A stretch of 64,000 nucleotides of DNA from Candidatus Woesearchaeota archaeon. Lineage in GTDB: Archaea; Nanobdellota; Nanobdellia; SCGC-AAA011-G17; JACPNG01. Within the stretch, counting starts at the first letter, position 1; each line of letters starts with the position of its first letter. The position numbers and the translations under genes are program-made. The notes under the pieces were generated by a model. That model was given only the letters and a program-made list of their open reading frames with translations, did no database searches and was not told where the DNA came from. This document shows, piece after piece, positions 10,746 through 21,607 of the stretch. The stretch is taken from contig JAFCDT010000002.1 of NCBI GenBank assembly GCA_017609525.1, positions 4,885 through 68,884 on the forward strand, written 5' to 3'.

Positions 10746-11029
10746 TCTTTGTCAAAACTCATAAGACTGAGGAAAGAGAAATTACAGCCATGTGTGATGA
10801 AGAGCTCTTGGGTAAATTTTTTGAAGATGGATCTTTATGTTTAGAGGTAAAAGAGAGTTTTTACAAAGGCAGGTTAGTTGACGAAGATGAAGCAGTCAAT
10901 ATCATAAAAAATGCAGACATATTAAACCTTGTTGGAGAAAGGGCTGTTGGCTTGGCTGTTAGGAGTGGAGTTGTGTCTAAAATCCATATAATAAAAATCA
11001 AAGGTATCCCCCATGCCCAGGTCATATAG
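10742..11029 (+). CDS. DUF424 family protein
   Basis: AMCDEELLGK, SFYKG, LNLVGERAV, GIPHAQ. Confidence 0.88.
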   Translation: MIFVKTHKTEEREITAMCDEELLGKFFEDGSLCLEVKESFYKGRLVDEDEAVNIIKNADILNLVGERAVGLAVRSGVVSKIHIIKIKGIPHAQVI

Positions 11030-11330
11030 GAAAGAATATTATGAAGCTGTAATTCAAATAAGACCTACTGATAAATCTGTTATTGATTTTATTAACAAAC
11101 AAATAGATAAAAGAGAGGATGTTTTTATTTCTAACATAATTAAAAAAAAATATGGAACAGATATCTACATAAGTTCACAAAAGTTTGCGAGAAGTTTAGG
11201 CAAGAAGTTAAAAAGCAATTTCAAGGGAGAACTAAAAATAAGTAAAACACTGCAGGGCAGGGACAAACAAAAGAGTAAATTAATTTATAGGGCTACTGTT
11301 TGTTTTAGGTGTAAACAAGAAGATTTATAA
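11013..11330 (+). CDS. Short NMD3-like protein (C-terminal part only)
   Basis: YYEAVIQIR...GTDIYISS...GRDKQKSKLIYRATV; next to DUF424; lacks N-terminal Zn fingers. Confidence 0.75.
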   Translation: MPRSYRKEYYEAVIQIRPTDKSVIDFINKQIDKREDVFISNIIKKKYGTDIYISSQKFARSLGKKLKSNFKGELKISKTLQGRDKQKSKLIYRATVCFRCKQEDL

Positions 11331-11353
11331 ATTTCACTAATTCTTTTTCTGTT

Positions 11354-11677
11354 ATGATAAAGAAACATGTTCCCCAAGAAGAATTTGTAAGAGTCAGATA
11401 TCCTAGAGGTAGAGAGGTAATAGGTACTTTAAAGCAAAGACTTGGAAGCAGCAGGATGAAGGTTGTTTGTATGGATGGCAAAACTAGGATTTGCAGAATT
11501 CCGGGAAGAATGAAAAGAAAGTTGTGGGTAAGGGAGGGAGATATTTTGCTGGTTGAACCATGGGAATTTGGTGGAGATGAAAAGGGGGATGTGGTTTATA
11601 AATATCGTCCAAACCAAGTAGCATTATTAAAGAAAAAAGGTTTAATTAAAGAAATAGAAGATCTAGAAGAATTTTAA
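11354..11677 (+). CDS. eif1a: Translation initiation factor 1A
   Basis: CMDGKTRICRIPGRMKRKLWVREGD, KGDVVYKY. Confidence 0.96.
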   Translation: MIKKHVPQEEFVRVRYPRGREVIGTLKQRLGSSRMKVVCMDGKTRICRIPGRMKRKLWVREGDILLVEPWEFGGDEKGDVVYKYRPNQVALLKKKGLIKEIEDLEEF

Positions 11678-11678
11678 G

Positions 11679-12203
11679 ATGTACCAAGAAGAAATAAATA
11701 TTCCCGAAGACAGGGTTGCAGTTCTTATTGGAAAAAAAGGAGAAACTAAAGCTGAGTTAGAAAGAAGGCTAAAGATTAGGCTTGAAGTGGATTCTAAGAC
11801 AGGAATGGTATCAATGACTGGAAGGGATAGTGTTGCTGTGTTTAATGCTAAGCCCGTTATTAATGCAATTGCGCATGGATTTCCTCCAGGCATTGCACTC
11901 TTACTTTTAAGAGATGGTTTTTGTTTTGAGATTATAGAAATAGAAAAGTTTAGCGGAAATTCAAAGAAAAAAATGATTAGATTAAAAAGCAGAGTCATTG
12001 GAACAAAAGGAAAATCGAGAGAAATGATTGAAAAAATGACCAATTGCAATATTTGTGTCTATGATAAAACCATTGGTATAATTGGGCAAGTTGAAAATGT
12101 TAATATTGCGAGATTAGCTTTAGTAAAATTACTTGGTGGTGCCCCACATGGTCATGCATATAAGTTGATACAGGATATGAAAATTAAAAACGAGATTAAA
12201 TGA
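11679..12203 (+). CDS. KH-domain RNA-processing protein (Dim2/Pno1 family)
   Basis: IPEDRVAVLIGKKGETK, AIAHGF, RVIGTKGKSR, GAPHGHAY. Confidence 0.9.
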   Translation: MYQEEINIPEDRVAVLIGKKGETKAELERRLKIRLEVDSKTGMVSMTGRDSVAVFNAKPVINAIAHGFPPGIALLLLRDGFCFEIIEIEKFSGNSKKKMIRLKSRVIGTKGKSREMIEKMTNCNICVYDKTIGIIGQVENVNIARLALVKLLGGAPHGHAYKLIQDMKIKNEIK

Positions 12204-12997
12204 TAGATTTAATAGTAAAAGAAATCAGAAAGAAAAAAGAATTTCAAAATTTAGATGCTCTTTTTGTTAAAAGTTTGATAAAAAAAGAATATGAAAGAGT
12301 TAAGGATGGTTTGATTGGACATGTTAATCCGAAAAAAAGTAAAGATTTTAAAAATATAATAAAAAATTCCAGAAAAATTTTACATGATATTTATGGTGTG
12401 TTTAATATTGATACTAAGAAAAGAAAAGAAATATTAGAAAAGATTAAGAAAAACCCACATAATAAAGATTTGCATAGGCATTTATTGGAAACACACAGAT
12501 CTAGTAAAGAAAGATTATTTTTTTATGAAAATTTATATGAAAAAATATTATCTAAAAAAGATAAAACAATTTTAGATATTGGGTGCGGGTTAAATCCTGT
12601 GAGTTGGATCTTTATGAAAAACAAACCTCAAAAATATATTGCCCTTGAATTAACTAATGAGGATTGTGCTTTTTTAAATGATTATTTTAAAGCTGTTAAA
12701 CTTAATGGTAAGGCATTACGAGTAGATTTATTGAAAGTAAAAAGTTTTGAGGCTGCTGATGTGTGTTTTATCTTTAAGGTTTTAGATTCTCTAGAAGAGG
12801 TTAAAAAAGGAATTAGTAAAGAAATATTAAATAAGCTACAATGCAAAAAAATCATTGTTAGCTTTCCTTCAAGAACTTTATCTGGCAAAGGAAGGATTGG
12901 TACAAGGAGATGGTTTGAAAGGTTAATTAAAAAGTTTGAAAAATTTGAGATAGAAAATGAGATATTTTATATAATAAATAAAGAAAATCTTTATTAA
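12200..12997 (+). CDS. FmrO/ArmA/RmtB-like 16S rRNA (guanine-N7) methyltransferase homologue
   Basis: HRSSKERL, LDIGCGLNP, DVCFIFKVLDSLE, IVSFPSRTLSG, ENEIFYII parallel the family motifs HxSTxERL, DxxCGxNP, VSFPxxSLxG. Confidence 0.82.
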   Translation: MIDLIVKEIRKKKEFQNLDALFVKSLIKKEYERVKDGLIGHVNPKKSKDFKNIIKNSRKILHDIYGVFNIDTKKRKEILEKIKKNPHNKDLHRHLLETHRSSKERLFFYENLYEKILSKKDKTILDIGCGLNPVSWIFMKNKPQKYIALELTNEDCAFLNDYFKAVKLNGKALRVDLLKVKSFEAADVCFIFKVLDSLEEVKKGISKEILNKLQCKKIIVSFPSRTLSGKGRIGTRRWFERLIKKFEKFEIENEIFYIINKENLY

Positions 12998-13021
12998 TGG
13001 GTGATTTGTTTCAGGGTTAAA

Positions 13022-14572
13022 ATGACAAAAACCAGAGCTGATGAATTAGCAAAAAAGCAAAGAGAAATTTCTATTTCTGAGTTTTTTACTAAAAATAGAC
13101 ATTTATTGGGATTTGATAATCCAATCAAAGCTTTAATGACTACAATAAAAGAAGCAGTTGATAATTCTTTAGACGCCTGTGAAGAAATGGGTGTTTTACC
13201 GGATATTTATGTTGGGATAAGACAATTATCAGAAGACAGATTTAAAGTTATTGTTGAGGATAATGGACCCGGTATTGTTAAGGAACAAATTCCAAAGATA
13301 TTTGCTAAACTATTGTATGGAAGCAAGTTCCATAAGTTAAGTCAATCAAGAGGGCAACAAGGAATTGGAATTAGTGCTTCTGTTATGTATGGCCAGCTAA
13401 CAACTGGAAAAAGTGCTAAGATAACATCTAAAACTGGGCCAAGAAAATCTGCACTTTTTTATGAATTACATGTGGATACTAAAACAAATGATCCAGAAAT
13501 CTTAAAGGATCAGGTTGTTGAATGGAAGAAAGACCATGGAACAAGAATAGAGATTGACCTTGAAGCAAAATATCAAAAAGGAAAGAGGGGTGTTGAAGAG
13601 TATTTGAAACAAACAGCAATTGCCAATCCCCATGTTACAATCACTTACAGCCCTCCAAGCGGAGAAGAAATTAAATTCTTAAGAGCTACTAAAGAAATGC
13701 CAAAGGAACCAAAAGAGATCAAACCACATCCTTATGGCGTTGAATTAGGTATGTTAATAAAAATGTTAAAAGATACTAAGGCCAAAACACTGCAATCTTT
13801 TTTAATGAATGATTTTTCAAGGGTTTCTGCCAAAGTTGCTAAAGAGATTTGTGAAAAAGCCAAGTTATATGAAAGATCAAGACCAGGCAGGATTGCTGCA
13901 CAGGAAGCAGACAATCTTTTCAAAGCAATTAAAAATGTAAAAATAATGAATCCTCCTACTAACTGTATTTCTCCTATTGGAGAGGATTTAATAATAAAGG
14001 GTCTGAAAAAAGAAATTAATGCAAGTTTTTATACTTCTGTTACCAGGCCGCCAAGCGTTTATAGAGGAAATCCTTTTCAAATAGAGGCTGGAATTGCTTA
14101 TGGTGGAGATTTACCTGGAGACGAACTTGTTAGATTATTAAGGTTTGCGAATAGAGTTCCCTTACTTTATCAACAAGGAGCATGTGCTATTACAAAGTCT
14201 GTTGTAAGTACACTTTGGAGGAATTATGGATTAAGTCAAAGCAGAGGGGCCTTACCTTCTGGCCCTTGTGTGATTTTGGTCCATATTGCTTCTGTTTGGG
14301 TGCCTTTTACTTCTGAGAGCAAGGAATCTATTGCCCATTATCCTGAGATTATTAAAGAAATTAAGCTAGCTTTGCAAGAATGTGGAAGAAGATTAGCCAG
14401 CCATATCAGGAAAAGGAAAAAAGCTGAACATGAAGCTAAGAAAAAAAGTTATATTGAAAAATACCTTCCTCATATCGGTGTTGGGTTAAGAGATATTCTG
14501 AAATTAAAAGAAAGTGAAGAGAAAAAAATGTTAAAGATTTTGAAAGATATTCTAGAAAGGAGTAGAAAATGA
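13022..14572 (+). CDS. top6B: DNA topoisomerase VI subunit B
   Basis: [31 protein letters not shown]. Confidence 0.97.
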   Translation: MTKTRADELAKKQREISISEFFTKNRHLLGFDNPIKALMTTIKEAVDNSLDACEEMGVLPDIYVGIRQLSEDRFKVIVEDNGPGIVKEQIPKIFAKLLYGSKFHKLSQSRGQQGIGISASVMYGQLTTGKSAKITSKTGPRKSALFYELHVDTKTNDPEILKDQVVEWKKDHGTRIEIDLEAKYQKGKRGVEEYLKQTAIANPHVTITYSPPSGEEIKFLRATKEMPKEPKEIKPHPYGVELGMLIKMLKDTKAKTLQSFLMNDFSRVSAKVAKEICEKAKLYERSRPGRIAAQEADNLFKAIKNVKIMNPPTNCISPIGEDLIIKGLKKEINASFYTSVTRPPSVYRGNPFQIEAGIAYGGDLPGDELVRLLRFANRVPLLYQQGACAITKSVVSTLWRNYGLSQSRGALPSGPCVILVHIASVWVPFTSESKESIAHYPEIIKEIKLALQECGRRLASHIRKRKKAEHEAKKKSYIEKYLPHIGVGLRDILKLKESEEKKMLKILKDILERSRK

Positions 14573-15651
14573 ATAAGACTTTACTAAAGATTAAGCATTC
14601 GGCAAAGGATGTTTATGATAAAATTATGAAGAAACAAAAACCTATTATGAAGTTTCCTATTAGGAGTCTTAATAATGTTAAATATGATCCAAAAAAAGGT
14701 TATTTTGAATTGTTAGGTACTAAAAAAGTAAGAACTTTAACAGTTAATACTGTAAAAACTTTTGCTCAAACATTAAGGATGATGGCTTTGAGTAAAGAGG
14801 TTATTGAGAAAGATGATATTGCTACAAAAAGAGAGGTATATTATGTAAGTAAAAATTGGGAAGATGCTAAATTCAATGAACAACCTGAATCAGATACTGT
14901 GATGGATGATATTGAAGCAATGTTTGCTGTTAATAGGGAACAGCTAGGTTTTATTCCTGAAGAAAAAGGGGGAGATGTTGCTGGAAAATTAATTGTTATA
15001 GATAAAGATCCTACAAGTGGTAAAGGGGTAAGGATAGATTGTACTAAGTTTGGTTCTGGAGCTTATTCTGTTCCAAGCGATGTTGAAAACCTAAAATTTG
15101 AAACTAAAGCAAAATTTATTTTAGCTATTGAAACCGCAGGTATGTTTGAAAGATTAAATAGGCATCAGTTCTGGAAAAAACATAATTGCATTTTAATTTC
15201 AATGGGAGGAGTTCCTTCTAGGGCATGTAGGAGATTTATTAGACGGTTAAGTGATGAAAAAAAAATTGATGTTTATGTATTTTGTGATAATGATCCGTAC
15301 GGTCATATGAATATATACAGAACTTTAAAGGTAGGAAGTGGAAATGCTGCCCATATAAATGAATATTTTTGTGTTCCCAAGGCAAAGTATTTGGGGGTAA
15401 CACCTCAAGATGTTATCGATTATAAATTGCCAACCCACCCACTAAAAGATGTTGATATTAAAAGGGCAAAAGATGCTTTAAAAAACGATCCTTTTGTTCA
15501 AAATCATAAAGAATGGCAAAAAGCCTTACAATTAATGTTGAAAATGGGTGTCAGAGCTGAGCAGCAAGCTCTTGCTAAGTGGGGACTTAATTACGTAATA
15601 GAAAATTATCTTCCAGAAAAGTTAAAGAACCCTAAGAGTTGGCTTCCATAG
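14569..15651 (+). CDS. top6A: DNA topoisomerase VI subunit A
   Basis: TKREVYY catalytic Tyr, AIETAG, DNDPYG toprim, AEQQAL. Confidence 0.97.
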   Translation: MNKTLLKIKHSAKDVYDKIMKKQKPIMKFPIRSLNNVKYDPKKGYFELLGTKKVRTLTVNTVKTFAQTLRMMALSKEVIEKDDIATKREVYYVSKNWEDAKFNEQPESDTVMDDIEAMFAVNREQLGFIPEEKGGDVAGKLIVIDKDPTSGKGVRIDCTKFGSGAYSVPSDVENLKFETKAKFILAIETAGMFERLNRHQFWKKHNCILISMGGVPSRACRRFIRRLSDEKKIDVYVFCDNDPYGHMNIYRTLKVGSGNAAHINEYFCVPKAKYLGVTPQDVIDYKLPTHPLKDVDIKRAKDALKNDPFVQNHKEWQKALQLMLKMGVRAEQQALAKWGLNYVIENYLPEKLKNPKSWLP

Positions 15652-15664
15652 AAGGCTTTTTTGA

Positions 15665-16747
15665 TTATAGATCAAAAATAAATGAAACAAAATTTTTATT
15701 GTTGATTATTTTTGTTGTTTTTCCTTTTATTCCAGATATATTGCTTATTATTTTATTTCTAGGAATTTTATTTATTTCAGAAAGCCTCAAAACAACACTT
15801 TTGTTAATTAAATTATTTCTGAACTGATAATAGAGGGTTAGGTATTTCATATCTAATTCCTTTGCTAACTTTCTTTTGTTCGTGCCACTTAATAATGTTT
15901 TTTTAAATTTTTCTGAGACTTGAAAATAAAAAGTCATCTGTTTCATATGATTTAAGATAGTTTTCTTCTTTCTTTCAGAAAGACAGATAATACCTTTATT
16001 AAACATTTTCCAATAATTTGACCAACTAGTTATTTGAACTAAAATTTCATTTTTATCTTTTCTTTCTATTAAAGTAGAGGTTATTGCTTCTTTTTCAAGA
16101 CAACTTTTAATTAATTCTGCTAATTTTTTTTCTTTTATAAGAGATAAATGATACCCCATATAAACAATATAATTCTCTTTTTTCATGGTATTTATGCTTC
16201 CTTCTGCTGCAAATAATCCTGACAAAAAAGCCTTTCTTAATGTTGAATTCTCCGTAAACTTAGACTTTAAAATTTGTTTTGTTAATTCTAAAAAAAGGGT
16301 TCTTAGAATCCTACTACCAACTTGTATAGCTAAACATTCATTTTTATGTCTTCGAGATGCCTTCAATCTGATTTTTGAATCATCCAAAGCTAAGTAATTT
16401 TGCCAATTCTTTAGTGAATCTTTTTTAATTTTTCTTGTTCTAAGAGTGTAACTTATTTTATTTTTGTTTATTCCAAAGTATTTCTCGAAAAAATGTAAAA
16501 TATTCTGACAAAGATCTATATCTCTAGAAGTAAACTCCAAATGATATTCATCTTTACTAATTTTTCCATCTCCCAAATATAGTGCCCAACTCTCAATAAA
16601 TTTTGGAGTTATTTTGAGAGTTTTATTTAGAATCATTGGTTTTGGAGAATTTCCTCTACCTTTATTTTGATAATAAACTTTTATTTTCTTTCTTTGTTTT
16701 ATTATTTTCCATTCTTTAGGTAATAATTTTATTATGCTGATTTCCAT
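15665..16747 (-). CDS. Free-standing LAGLIDADG endonuclease with probable C-terminal HTH
   Basis: Two motifs, WALYLGDG and FLSGLFAAEGSI; KRKLAKELDMKYLTLYYQ HTH-like; no intein termini. Confidence 0.82.
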   Translation of the reverse strand: MEISIIKLLPKEWKIIKQRKKIKVYYQNKGRGNSPKPMILNKTLKITPKFIESWALYLGDGKISKDEYHLEFTSRDIDLCQNILHFFEKYFGINKNKISYTLRTRKIKKDSLKNWQNYLALDDSKIRLKASRRHKNECLAIQVGSRILRTLFLELTKQILKSKFTENSTLRKAFLSGLFAAEGSINTMKKENYIVYMGYHLSLIKEKKLAELIKSCLEKEAITSTLIERKDKNEILVQITSWSNYWKMFNKGIICLSERKKKTILNHMKQMTFYFQVSEKFKKTLLSGTNKRKLAKELDMKYLTLYYQFRNNLINKSVVLRLSEINKIPRNKIISNISGIKGKTTKIINNKNFVSFIFDL

Positions 16748-17433
16748 ATTGGTTATTTAATATTAAACTTTATAAAGTTGTTGTTTTAGTTTACATATTA
16801 ACTAAGAAATTAAAAGATAAGAAAACATGGTTGCCTTAAGTATATACTACAATCTTAAACATTCGTAGTCTAATTTTTTATTGATCTTCTTCCATTCAAG
16901 GGTGCATTGGAACATTTGTTTTTTCATTAGAGGTTTATGTAATATTGACATAATATCTTTTTGTAAGATTCAGTTTATGATCCACATGTATTTACTATTC
17001 TGAAAAACACATTTATATGATCCTTTTTCCTTACCTAAATCAGAATCTTCGGTACATTTACTCCATTGGTTATTATAACAAAGATATTTTTTAGATGGAT
17101 TCAATGTATCAGAATTTAAACAATCTCCTTTAGAGGATACACAATCAGTTATCTCATCACAACAACCTCCTCCTCCTTGATCAAAATAATACTCATTGTT
17201 ATCATCTCCGCAACAGTTGGGTGTGCCAAAGTTGTTTTGATCATCAAATAAGTTCCAATCTTCAGCAACCTCTTTAACATACGGTGTCCAAGTTCCGATT
17301 ACTATTCTTTTTTCTCCATTTATTGTTATATGTCCATCATCACTTACTCCTACTGTGTAAGGGCTTGTTTTCCAATTACACCCGTATTGGGATAAACAAC
17401 TTTGTTTTGTTTGGTACTTCGAACATAATTCTG

Positions 17434-17627
17434 CTTTTCCAATGCAAGCTACATTAGAATTCCAACTGCAAAGCCTGTTTTGCTTACAGAAAGATTCTGA
17501 CTTTCTACTATCACAAGAAGGTGTTTTCCCTCCATTACATAAAGCATGTACAGTATTTTTTGCAATCATCGCTTCCACAGCATTGATATCTCTTCCACCA
17601 ATTGCATGGTTGTGCTTTTCCTGTACA
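17434..17627. repeat. Intragenic repeat copy 3
   Basis: 17434-17547 identical to 19800-19913 (114 bp); 17577-17627 identical to 19617-19667 and 19914-19964 (51 bp). Confidence 0.92.
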
Positions 17628-19469
17628 ACTTCCTGGTGAAGATTGCCATGAACAGCTTTGTTGAGATTCACATAATGATTCAGAATTAAAAAACTCACAT
17701 GTTGTTGCAATCCCTTGACACAACTCGGCTGTTGTATCTTCAGTTAACTCTGTACTTGAACTTCTATAAATCTTATACACTTTAACCTCATACCTTTGTA
17801 AAGTTATTTCGATATTCTGAAGTTGTTTTGGTGCTCCAGAAGGAATACCTTCAACAATCTCTTGTACTTTCCATGTTGTCTCTGTTCTTTTAATCAAATT
17901 CTTAATTACGTAATTAATTTGTATTTGTTGGTTTTTATTATTTAATACGATAAAATAATAATCATCATTATATTTTTTAACCAAATACTCAGGATTGGGA
18001 ACATTTGGGTTTTTAGTTACCAATGCTGGGCGAGGATAACCTTTTGTTGGCCAATAATCAGAATATTTAGGAATGTTTTTATTAATGGTTTTTGCTAAAA
18101 ATATTTTTTCTAATAATTTAATTTCATTTGTTATTCTCTTAACATTCTGAGATACAGGACTTTTAATAAAAGAAAAATACATAATTCCATCTGCGCCGTG
18201 CATTAATGATTGATAAGCCATATTTTTCATTTCAATATAATCAGGGTAACTCTTCCAATCACCAGTCCAAGTTACATTCATTCCTTCTAAAATAACAAAG
18301 AAAGGTTTATTTTTTCCCTCCAACATTTCCTTCATTCTTTCGGTAGTATATGCAACGGAATTAATATCAACATTGCCAAAGAAAGATTTGGCACCAACGT
18401 GAAATGGGTAAATATCAATGCTCACAATATCTGCAGCATCTAAATGTTTGCTTACCATTTCAGGATATCTTGTTTCATAATTCAAAATACGTACCAAATA
18501 ATTTCCATAAACTGGACAGGAAGGACAAACTTCTTTAATTAAAGTATACCCATTTCTAAGTTCTGTTAAACTCTCTTGGGTGGGGAATACATTTCTACCC
18601 CACTTATAATTCCATCCAGAAGGTTCATCAAATCCAATAAAGGTAAATAGGTTAGAATCTTTTATGCATGAATTATAAAAATCCCTAAATTCATTTATTC
18701 TTTGTTGTCTTGTTAATGGAGACGGTTCTCCAGATTTATGGTCATGATCATAATATTTTGAAATTACATAAGCTCCGCCGACATTATTCTGTTTAAGACC
18801 ATTAGAATATCTTTCACACTTCTCCATAGATTCATAGGGCGGTCCCCACCATAAAAAGTCTATATTATATTTATTGCCTTTATAATCAAAATCATAATAA
18901 CTATCATCAGACCATCCAATTCCGCTGTCTCCTGGAGTCTTATCCTGTGCAGATAAACATGTGTTCCTATCTATATCCGGATCTTCTAAATTTGTTATTT
19001 CTGTCCATTTAATTCCTCCATCATTTGCACATATGTAACTTCCAGAAACTTTACCTACATCAGAATCTTCAGTGCATTTGCTCCATTTATGGTTGTAGCA
19101 ATGCCATCCAGTTGAACCTGTGTCAGAATCAAAACACTTACCTATATAATTTACACAATCAGTTATCTCATCACAACAAGCATCTTCTCCTTGAGTAAAA
19201 TAGTACTCATTACTATCATCACCACAACATTTAGGATTTCCAAAGTTATTTGTATCATCAAATAAGCTACCGTCAGGAGAATCATCACTCCACCCAACAC
19301 CATCGTCTCCAGGGGTTTGATCTTGAGTAGCTAAGCACATGCTTCTATCTGTGTCTGGATCGTTTCCTGTTGTTGCCCAACCACACCCTGATTGAGCTTC
19401 ACAAGTTAATGGATCAGAAAAAGCAGAACACATTAAAGGATTTCCTCCACAATATCCTCCAGAATTCTC

Positions 19470-19667
19470 CCAACTGCAAAGCCTGTTTTGCTTACAGAAA
19501 GATTCTGACTTTCTACTATCACAAGAAGGTGTTTTCCCTCCATTACATAAAGCATCACCAGGTCCACAACAGTTCTGTCCGTTGTATGTACAGTATTTTT
19601 TGCAATCTCCACTCCAACAGCATTGATATCTCTTCCACCAATTGCATGGTTGTGCTTTTCCTGTACA
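19470..19667. repeat. Intragenic repeat copy 2 (only copy with an intact in-frame middle)
   Basis: 86-bp and 51-bp blocks shared with the other copies; encodes CTGKAQPCNWWKRYQCCWSGDCKKYCTYNGQNCCGPGDALCNGGKTPSC on the minus strand. Confidence 0.92.
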
Positions 19668-19799
19668 TGCATTGTTGTTGTGTGGAAAAAGCTGAACATG
19701 AATCAGGATTGCCCGTACAAGAACCCTCAGAAGAATGCCAGCTACATCCCATTTGAGATTCGCAATCTAATGGTGTCAGAAGGTTTGAACATGATTTGA

Positions 19800-19964
19800 C
19801 TTTTCCAATGCAAGCTACATTAGAATTCCAACTGCAAAGCCTGTTTTGCTTACAGAAAGATTCTGACTTTCTACTATCACAAGAAGGTGTTTTCCCTCCA
19901 TTACATAAAGCATACAGCATTGATATCTCTTCCACCAATTGCATGGTTGTGCTTTTCCTGTACA
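19800..19964. repeat. Intragenic repeat copy 1
   Basis: Same two blocks directly abutted; 61 bp missing relative to copy 2. Confidence 0.92.
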
Positions 19965-20302
19965 GGTGGCTTCTCCTTCCAGATCCCATGTGCATCCTTG
20001 TTGGTTAATGCAATCTGTTTGAGTTTTTATGTCTGCACAATTAACAGATGCTCCTGTGCAGTAACTGCCAGAAGTTGCTTTTCCAGTTAACCTCTCACCC
20101 ATATCAAATTTAGAGATAATCTCGAATAAATTCTGGAAATCAAAAGCTGATACAGAGAATACAAAAACGAGTAAAATGATTAAAGACAGTATTATTTTTT
20201 TCATTGGTCCCTTTTTTATTTTATCTACTTTTAACTAATGGTTAAACTTATTTAAATTTTTTGATAGAAAGTTATTTATTGTAGTCTTGCCTAAATGGAA
20301 GG

Positions 20303-20683
20303 ATGGTTACCTTAAACTTTCAAACAAAGAAAAAATATGAAGTTTTAGATATCACCACTGAGGTTGAAAGAGTTCTAGAAGGGGATGGAGTTGTGATGGT
20401 ATTCGTTCCACATGCTACTGCGGCCATTGTTTTAAACGAAAGTGCTGATCCTAAAGTGGGAGAGGATTTGTTGGATGCTTTAAATAAATTGATTCCCGAA
20501 GGAGTTTGGCAACATGACAGAATTGATGATAATGCTGCTGCACACATTAAGGCTTCTATTCTAGGTCCCAGTGAATTGATTCCTTTTAAAGGTGGCAAAT
20601 TAGTGCTGGGAGCTTGGCAGAACATCTTCCTTGTTGATTTGGATGGTCCAAGAAATAGAAAAGTGATTGTTAAAATATTATAG
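20303..20683 (+). CDS. YjbQ/UPF0047 family protein
   Basis: VPHATAAIVLNE, DNAAAHIKASILG, LGAWQNIFLVDLDGPRNR. Confidence 0.93.
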   Translation: MVTLNFQTKKKYEVLDITTEVERVLEGDGVVMVFVPHATAAIVLNESADPKVGEDLLDALNKLIPEGVWQHDRIDDNAAAHIKASILGPSELIPFKGGKLVLGAWQNIFLVDLDGPRNRKVIVKIL

Positions 20684-20720
20684 AAACCTTTTTAAAGAAT
20701 TTTTGTGGGTTTAAAACTAA

Positions 20721-20792
20721 GTCCCGGTAGCTTAATGGTGGAGCACACGGCTGTTAACCGTGCGGTTACAGGTTCGAGTCCTGTCCGGGACG
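20721..20792 (+). tRNA. tRNA-Asn(GTT)
   Basis: Acceptor GTCCCGG/CCGGGAC, anticodon arm CACGG-CTGTTAA-CCGTG, T loop GTTCGAGTC; no encoded CCA. Confidence 0.96.
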
Positions 20793-20795
20793 TAT

Positions 20796-20870
20796 GGGCC
20801 TGTGGCGTAGTCTGGCTAGCGCACCCGACTGATAATCGGGAGGTCCTGTGTTCAAATCACAGCAGGCCCA
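20796..20870 (+). tRNA. tRNA-Ile(GAT)
   Basis: Acceptor GGGCCTG/CAGGCCC, arm CCCGA-CTGATAA-TCGGG, TTCAAAT; followed by a T-run. Confidence 0.96.
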
Positions 20871-20919
20871 TTTTTTCTTATTTAGTTAAATTAATAAAAC
20901 ATTAAAAAAGAAGAATCCC

Positions 20920-21177
20920 ATGGAATTCTTACCAATTTTGACTACAATTACTGGAATTGGGATGAGTATTGGTTATTTTACACAAACCTATAAAATTTTT
21001 AAAAGAAAAAGTGCAATAGATGTTTCGTTAGGAACTTACTTATTTTTTGGTGTTGGTGTTATGGTTTGGTTAATCTATGGAATCTCTTTAAATAATTATG
21101 TCTTAATAATTACAAATGTTGTTGCTCTTGTTGGTGCTTTATCAGTTATAATCTCTTATTTTCTAAATAAACATTAA
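20920..21177 (+). CDS. SemiSWEET/PQ-loop family small transporter
   Basis: Three TM helices; Q-x-x-K-I-F-K-R-K-S-A-x-D-V-S, WLIYG, TN; the PQ motif reads TQ. Confidence 0.85.
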   Translation: MEFLPILTTITGIGMSIGYFTQTYKIFKRKSAIDVSLGTYLFFGVGVMVWLIYGISLNNYVLIITNVVALVGALSVIISYFLNKH

Positions 21178-21569
21178 TTTAATTTTTTAAATCTATATCC
21201 ACATCCTTTTGGCCTTGTTACTTCTGGTGTGGGAAATCTTTGACAAAATGCTGGTTTTTTTGAGTAGCCTCTTTCTTTGTGAATAACACATTTCTTGTTT
21301 TCTAAATATGGACATGTTAAACTTATTGTAAATTTCATTAGGTCTTTTGTTAGCCAGGTGATTCTTGAGGCTTCTACATCCTTGTAGCCTTTTTTTATGT
21401 ATCTTTGTATTTCTTTTTGTTTTTTGATTTTTGCTAATTCTTTTATTGATTTTCCGTTTGGTTCTATTGGTATTTCTACCTCCAACGCGAGATCTTTACA
21501 ACATTGACCACAGAGTTTACAGTTTCCTATTCTCTGGAAATTTTTTCCTTTGTGCTTATATATTCTCAT
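21174..21569 (-). CDS. YkgJ-family CxxCxxCC cysteine-cluster protein
   Basis: CKLCGQCC...CPYL...CVIH...KPAFCQRFP. Confidence 0.85.
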   Translation of the reverse strand: MRIYKHKGKNFQRIGNCKLCGQCCKDLALEVEIPIEPNGKSIKELAKIKKQKEIQRYIKKGYKDVEASRITWLTKDLMKFTISLTCPYLENKKCVIHKERGYSKKPAFCQRFPTPEVTRPKGCGYRFKKLN

Positions 21570-21607
21570 TGGAATCTTTCCGCGAAAGAAGTAGTATAAA
21601 AAAGTTT

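Larger units (their letters stand above)
16970..20204 (-). pseudogene. Secreted Cys-rich mosaic protein with glycoside-hydrolase-like barrel, split by three frameshifts (~19913, ~19667, ~17547)
   Basis: Signal peptide at 20204; ORF pieces join into continuous CxxQxGCxW and CCGDD repeat modules; central FDEP...DIVSIDIYP...AYQSLMHGADGIMYF. Confidence 0.72.

Noticed and set aside
15665-16747. Intein or intron-encoded endonuclease
   Set aside because: No Cys/Ser start, no His-Asn end and no interrupted host gene; MCM, RFC and Topo VI are also intein-free
16848-16952. 34-aa minus-strand ORF (MSILHKPLMKKQMFQC...)
   Set aside because: Too short, with no motif or clear translation signal
17434-19964. 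Diversity-generating retroelement TR/VR pair
   Set aside because: No reverse transcriptase in the window; the copies are identical or differ by deletions and by substitutions that are not adenine-specific
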